DNA of 37,507 nt from Acidimicrobiia bacterium (GTDB taxonomy: Bacteria; Actinomycetota; Acidimicrobiia; Spongiisociales; ZC4RG35), in the NCBI GenBank assembly GCA_036374915.1, contig DASUSU010000156.1, positions 1-37,507 on the forward strand, written 5' to 3'. A program made the position numbers and the translations under genes. This document shows, piece after piece, positions 33,203 through 37,507 of this stretch. Numbering within the stretch: the first letter of the stretch is position 1; each line of letters opens with the position of its first letter. The notes below the pieces were generated by a model. The model had not been told where the DNA came from. It saw only the letters and a program-made list of their open reading frames with translations, and did no database searches.

Positions 33203-33778
33203 ATGGTCAGCCGTCCTCTGACCAACGCCCGGCTCCCTGATCTGGAGCAGGTGTTCGGCGACCGGGGGGTTGCCCGCGCCTGCTTCTGCATGCACTGGCG
33301 GCGACCCGACGGGGGGTTCGGCGACGAGCGGGACAACCGCGACCGTTTCGCCGACAGGGCATCCCGGGGTCGCCCGCCAGGGCTGATCGGCTACGTGGAG
33401 GGCAAACCGGTGGGATGGGTTCAGGTCGGGCCCAATGAAGAGTTCCCTGCCCTGGAGAGGTCGCGTCTGCTTCGACCGGTCGACGACGTGGCGACCTGGG
33501 CGATCAACTGCTTCGTGGTCCGGGCCGGGCATCGCCGCCGGGGCATCGGCTCCGGCCTCCTCGCCGCCGCGGTCGGGTTCGCCGAGCACGAGGGCGCCAC
33601 CGTCATCGAGGCCTATCCGGTCGACGGGGAGCGGGTCTCGGTCGTCGACTACTTCACCGGCATACTCGGCATGTTCCAAGAGCACGGGTTCGTGGAGATC
33701 ATCCGGCGCAGCGACACCAGGCCCATCGTCAGGTTGTCCCTGCAGGGTCACCAAGCAGGCACCGGGCGATCGTCCTGA
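33203..33778 (+). CDS. GNAT family N-acetyltransferase
   Basis: Acetyl-CoA motif VVRAGHRRRGIGSGLLAAAV and an N-terminal ACFCMHWR segment. ATG 33203 is preferred over GTG 33140 because it does not overlap the small ORF. Confidence 0.75.
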   Translation: MVSRPLTNARLPDLEQVFGDRGVARACFCMHWRRPDGGFGDERDNRDRFADRASRGRPPGLIGYVEGKPVGWVQVGPNEEFPALERSRLLRPVDDVATWAINCFVVRAGHRRRGIGSGLLAAAVGFAEHEGATVIEAYPVDGERVSVVDYFTGILGMFQEHGFVEIIRRSDTRPIVRLSLQGHQAGTGRSS

Positions 33779-34554
33779 CCCACCACGAGAACGAGGGGAC
33801 AGTCCCGAAAAGGGTGGTCGACGACCTCCAGCTTCTGGCGGTAGACGTCGGAGAGGACATCCCCGCGCAGCACCTCGCGCACTGATCCGGTCACACGCAC
33901 CTTCCCCTCCGCAAGCAGGCAGATCCGATCGCAATAGGAGGCCGCTGCGTTGAGATCGTGGAACACCGAGACGACGGTGTGCGAAGCTCGGGACAGTGCT
34001 TTCGCCTCGGTCAGGATCGCCTCGCTGTGACCGATGTCGAGGTTGGCGGTTGGTTCGTCGAGGAGAACGATGGGAGCCTCTTGGGCCAGGACCCGAGCCA
34101 GGAAGACCCTCAGTCTCTCCCCGCTGGAGAGCGTTGCATAGACCCTCTCCGCCAGCTCGCCGACCCCGGTGCGGCGCATCGCTTCCTCGACCGCTCTCCG
34201 GTCATCCTCGCTGGTCAGAGCCGGATCATGCCGATGCGGGTGGCGGCCCATCTCGACGATCGATCGCACCGTGAAGGGCGTGTCGACCGGTACGTGCTGA
34301 CCCAACACCGATCGGGCGCGGGACAGGTCCTTCGGGGACGTGCTCGCCGTGCTCGCCCCGTTGAGGACGATCGATCCTTCACCGGGCAGCAGCTCGCCGG
34401 ACAGGAGACGGATCAGCGTGCTCTTACCTGCCCCATTGGGCCCGAGGAGACCCACCAGCTCACCGGGTGCGGCATGAAAGTCGACGGCGTCGATGAGGGT
34501 CGCCCCACCGACGCGGAAGGAGACACGAGAGGCGATCACCGACGGCTCAGCCAT
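33748..34554 (-). CDS. iron-chelate/heme-type ABC transporter ATP-binding protein (FecE/HmuV-like)
   Basis: GPNGAGKST, LSSGERLRV and VLLDEPTANLD motifs. Family-typical length and C-terminus. Confidence 0.85.
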   Translation of the reverse strand: MAEPSVIASRVSFRVGGATLIDAVDFHAAPGELVGLLGPNGAGKSTLIRLLSGELLPGEGSIVLNGASTASTSPKDLSRARSVLGQHVPVDTPFTVRSIVEMGRHPHRHDPALTSEDDRRAVEEAMRRTGVGELAERVYATLSSGERLRVFLARVLAQEAPIVLLDEPTANLDIGHSEAILTEAKALSRASHTVVSVFHDLNAAASYCDRICLLAEGKVRVTGSVREVLRGDVLSDVYRQKLEVVDHPFRDCPLVLVVGQDDRPVPAW

Positions 34555-35584
34555 CGCGCCCCTTCGAGATCAGCCACAAGAACAGCGGACCGCCGACTGC
34601 CGCGGTGATCAGTCCGACCGGAACCTCCACCGGCTCGATCAGCAGTCGTGACAAGAGATCTGCGGAGACGAGGAGCAGAGCACCTCCGACCATCGCCGCC
34701 GGGATCAAGTGGCGGTGAAGCGGTCCGGCGAGACGGCGCATGAGAAAGGGCACGAGCAGTCCGACGAAGGCCACCACTCCGACCGCGCCCACGGTGACGC
34801 CGACCGCAGCTCCGACGACGATGAAGATGATGGTCATGGTCAGGTCCACGTCGACTCCGAGTTGCCATGCCTCGCTCGGTCCCACCGCCAGGAGATCGAT
34901 GGTCCGGGTGACCGTGATCAGTCCCCCGACGGCGAGGACGAGGTAGACGGTGGCCGTTCCGACCGCCCTCCAGGTAGATCCGGCGAGCCCTCCGAGAAGC
35001 CAGAACTCGATCGGAGGGACCACGCTGCGATTCGAGGCGAACACCACGAAGCCGACCCAGGCGCCGAGGGTCGCTCCGAGGGCCACCCCGGACAGGATCA
35101 ACCGCGTCTGGTCGGCAGAGGCGCGGCGGTGCAATCTGCGAACGAAGAGTGAGGTCATGATGCCGGCGGCGACCCCACCGGCGATCGCGCCGGGGACACC
35201 TCCCGCCCCTGCTCCAATGGCTGCCCCGATTGCTGCGCCCGGCCCTATCCCGAGCAGGTGGGGGTCGGCCAGGTCGGTGCGCAACACGCCCTGGAGCACG
35301 GCCCCGGTGGCGGCGAGCGCGGCCCCGACGACCACACCCATGAGCAGCCGGGGAAGTCGGATTCCCCAGACCACAGCCTCCGCCTGGGAGCCCGCCTCGC
35401 CAAACCAGGAGAGCCCCAGCTTGCCCGAAAGCACCGCGGCCACCTCAACACCGGCGAGATCGACCGCTCCCAGGCTCAGAGACAGTCCGGAGGCCACCAA
35501 CAACGCCACAATCAGGATCGGGACGCCTCCCCGTCGTCGCCGTCGATACGGGTCGGCGCTGACCCCCCGCTCTTGACCCTTCAA
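34547..35584 (-). CDS. FecCD-family ABC transporter permease (HmuU-like)
   Basis: About 9-10 hydrophobic helices with GIRLPRLL and GPLFLWL family motifs. Overlaps both neighbouring genes. Confidence 0.85.
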   Translation of the reverse strand: MKGQERGVSADPYRRRRRGGVPILIVALLVASGLSLSLGAVDLAGVEVAAVLSGKLGLSWFGEAGSQAEAVVWGIRLPRLLMGVVVGAALAATGAVLQGVLRTDLADPHLLGIGPGAAIGAAIGAGAGGVPGAIAGGVAAGIMTSLFVRRLHRRASADQTRLILSGVALGATLGAWVGFVVFASNRSVVPPIEFWLLGGLAGSTWRAVGTATVYLVLAVGGLITVTRTIDLLAVGPSEAWQLGVDVDLTMTIIFIVVGAAVGVTVGAVGVVAFVGLLVPFLMRRLAGPLHRHLIPAAMVGGALLLVSADLLSRLLIEPVEVPVGLITAAVGGPLFLWLISKGRDG

Positions 35585-36597
35585 CCGGTCAGGTCTGGAT
35601 ACAGGTCTGATATGAAGCGGTCGAGGGCTTGCCCGACCCGGGGGCCGAGGTTGAAGAAGAAGGCTTCGTCGTAAGCGAGAAGACGCCCGTTCTCTGCGGC
35701 CGGAGTGTCCGCGACCCCGGGTAGCTGGGTGAAGGCCTCCACTCCACCGAGGGCGGCGAGCCCTGCCTCGGGAAGGACGATCACCTCCGGGGCCGATGCC
35801 ACCAGGGCTTCCGGCGTGAGCGGAGCCGGCCCTGCGATCCCGGCCGCTGCCCCGGCATCGACTGCACCGGCGCCCTCGATCATCGCCTGAGTCGGCATCC
35901 CCGCCCCGAAGAGGAAGACGACCTGCGGCCCTCTGGCGTAGACGAAGGCGACCAGCGGGTCGGAGGTCTCGTCTGCGACCCGCGCCCGGGCCGCCTCGAT
36001 CTCCCCGTTCACCCTTGCCGCCAACGCCTGCCCCTCGTCTTGGGCTCCGAGGATCTCGGCCACGTCGAGGATCTTCGCTTCCACGCCGTCGAGGGTCACC
36101 TGGGTCTCGATGACCACCACCGGCAGGCCCGAGGCTCTCAGCTGCTCGATTGCCTCGGGTGGCGCCACCTGCGTGTCGCCGATCACCAGGGTCGGTTCGA
36201 GGGCGAGCACAGCTTCGGGGGTGAGCTGTTGGGCGAAGCCAACCGTCCGACCAGAGTCGTTGAGAGCGGCCGCCTCGGGAGGGTAGGTCGTCGTCACGTC
36301 GACACCGACCACGCTGTCACCCAGCCCCAGCTCGAAGATGATCTCGGTGATGTCGCCGTTGAGCGACACGATCCGGGAGACATCCGTGATCGTGGTCTCG
36401 ACCCCATCGGCGCCGACGAAGCTGGTGCCTGCCGGCGAGGTGGTGGTCGTGGCCACGGTGGTGGTCGTCGTGGCTGCTGCGCGGCTTGTCGTGGTCAGCG
36501 GCTCGGCGACGGTGCTGTTGCCGGCATCTCCACCTCCGCAGGCTGCGGTCACCAATGCGAGGACCGCGGCTGCGGTCCGCGATGTGCTTCTGTTCAA
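35581..36597 (-). CDS. periplasmic-binding-protein (class 8, heme/siderophore/B12-type) lipoprotein
   Basis: TTG start gives MNRSTSRTAAAVLALVTAACGG (lipobox) and a Thr-rich linker. Motifs RIVSLNGDITEIIFELGLGDSVVGV and LEPTLVIG. Confidence 0.8.
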   Translation of the reverse strand: MNRSTSRTAAAVLALVTAACGGGDAGNSTVAEPLTTTSRAAATTTTTVATTTTSPAGTSFVGADGVETTITDVSRIVSLNGDITEIIFELGLGDSVVGVDVTTTYPPEAAALNDSGRTVGFAQQLTPEAVLALEPTLVIGDTQVAPPEAIEQLRASGLPVVVIETQVTLDGVEAKILDVAEILGAQDEGQALAARVNGEIEAARARVADETSDPLVAFVYARGPQVVFLFGAGMPTQAMIEGAGAVDAGAAAGIAGPAPLTPEALVASAPEVIVLPEAGLAALGGVEAFTQLPGVADTPAAENGRLLAYDEAFFFNLGPRVGQALDRFISDLYPDLTG

Positions 36598-37346
36598 TTG
36601 TCTGCCTCTCTGTTTGTCATTTCGACTCCTCGACTCGAACTCTCCAACTGGGACTCATGGACGGAGACGACCCGGTCGCCGACGATCTGCCGGTAGCCGG
36701 CCCAGATGAGGAGAAGACCGATCAGTTCGGTCACGTAGAGCACCTCGACCCGGCCCGCTCGGGCGAAGGAGCCGCCGACTCCGGGCAGGATCGCCCCCAC
36801 AGCGATCAGCACGTTCCCCGAGACACGTGACGACGCCCCACCCCGACGCCAATACCGCCACGCCGACCAGATCGCACCTCCGATGAGGAACACGACCGCA
36901 TAGAGGTTGACCAGAGGGGAGAACAATCGGACCCATTGCCACTCCATGACATAGCCGCTGAGCCGGTGCGTCTCGATTGCGCCGGTCTCGATCGGGGTGG
37001 AAAGCACGAACGCCGCGGCGATCGCGATATAGGTGACCAGAGCCACCGCAAGCCGGTCGGCGATTCGTCGGGGGAGGAGCAGGTAGACGGTGCCTTGGGC
37101 CAGAGGCGCCCCACCGAGCAGCGCGCCGGAGACGTACCAGGCGCGAAAGACCGGCTCGCTCCAACCGAAGACAGTGGTCAGAGCCTCGGTGAGTGTCCCA
37201 ACCCCGTACAGAGCGACCCCGATGGTCCACCACATGAGATACCTGGCGTCGCGCTTAGTGCCCCAGTGTCTCCAGAGAATCGACACGAAACCGATCGCGA
37301 CGACAGTCGTGATCAATGGGAGGTAGTGGACAAAGCCCAACGGCAT
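36594..37346 (-). CDS. uncharacterised integral membrane protein (about 7 TM helices)
   Basis: Seven hydrophobic segments read from the translation. TTGA overlap with the downstream binding-protein gene implies co-translation. No family recognised. Confidence 0.65.
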   Translation of the reverse strand: MPLGFVHYLPLITTVVAIGFVSILWRHWGTKRDARYLMWWTIGVALYGVGTLTEALTTVFGWSEPVFRAWYVSGALLGGAPLAQGTVYLLLPRRIADRLAVALVTYIAIAAAFVLSTPIETGAIETHRLSGYVMEWQWVRLFSPLVNLYAVVFLIGGAIWSAWRYWRRGGASSRVSGNVLIAVGAILPGVGGSFARAGRVEVLYVTELIGLLLIWAGYRQIVGDRVVSVHESQLESSSRGVEMTNREADN

Positions 37347-37507
37347 GAGGCGGCATCAAATCGGCCCTCGCCTCCGACAGCGAGTCGCCATGGATTCGAC
37401 ACCGGGTCGAGATCGTTCCGACGCGGCGTCGGGGCTACATCTCGAATGAAGCCAGCGACTCCAGGCTCGATTCGTCGCCGCCGCTTCTCCTCTTCCAGGC
37501 TCGGAAG

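Noticed and set aside
32983-33778. Small ORF plus GNAT as a TacA/TacT-like (antitoxin / GNAT toxin) module.
   Set aside because: The GNAT is longer than typical tRNA-acetylating toxins and has a generic actinobacterial GNAT look (ACFCMHWR N-segment). The small protein shows no RHH/DUF1778-like pattern that I can read. The genes are separated if the ATG 33203 start is used. This cannot be supported from sequence alone.
36430-36485. Tandem-looking GGTGGTGGTCGT repeats, and the similar ACC/ACG-rich stretch at 2228-2345.
   Set aside because: They encode Thr/Ser/Pro-rich lipoprotein linker regions. This is low-complexity coding sequence, not a structured DNA repeat or CRISPR-like array.
37347-37507. 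Riboswitch (cobalamin), an IdeR/Fur box, or a further minus-strand gene end (possible TAG at 37437-37435 followed by hairpin CCGACG-CGG-CGTCGG at 37418-37432) upstream of the uptake operon.
   Set aside because: No B12-box or iron-box consensus is visible. The putative upstream ORF contributes only about 24 codons inside the window, so neither it nor its terminator can be supported.

Overview
High-G+C (by eye about two-thirds G+C), gene-dense segment that looks actinobacterial. Supporting signs are an F420-type PPOX enzyme, Cys-lipobox lipoproteins with Thr/Pro-rich linkers, many GTG/TTG starts, and 4-nt ATGA/GTGA/TTGA gene overlaps. I call 38 protein-coding genes. I recognised no rRNA, tRNA, CRISPR array, transposase, integrase or phage structural gene.

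Layout:
- 1-3.1 kb: rmuC (5' partial) and small housekeeping or hypothetical genes.
- 3.1-9.5 kb: XRE+cupin (PuuR-like) regulator, atypical SDR, L-2-hydroxyglutarate oxidase, M24 creatinase/prolidase-like hydrolase, MBL-fold hydrolase, Vgb-like beta-propeller lipoprotein, holin_4_2-type membrane protein.
- 9.5-11.5 kb: a two-gene segment (PPOX/F420 enzyme and beta-propeller lipoprotein) bracketed by a ~50-nt conserved hairpin element in inverted orientation.
- 11.5-32 kb: a large catabolic island. It holds a GcvT-like aminomethyltransferase plus CrtI-family flavoprotein, a Dpp/Opp-type ABC importer, a CocE/NonD hydrolase-Rieske oxygenase-sarcosine-oxidase-like operon, a flavin amine oxidase, an aldehyde dehydrogenase-acyl-CoA dehydrogenase pair, a second Rieske oxygenase, a class-III aminotransferase and an orphan PotA-like ATPase.
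- 32-33.8 kb: WYL/YafY-type regulator divergent from a small ORF and a GNAT.
- 33.7-37.3 kb: a heme/siderophore-type ABC uptake operon led by an uncharacterised 7-TM protein.

The most interesting signal is non-coding. A 16-18 bp palindrome, (C/T)CTGAA-N6-(T/G)TCAGG, occurs at five promoter-proximal positions in the island, and two copies share an identical 15-mer. This ties six transcription units into one putative regulon. The likely function is degradation of an N-methylated amine, betaine-like or peptide-like substrate, and I cannot match the gene combination to a described pathway. All family assignments come from motifs read in the supplied translations. No database search was run.
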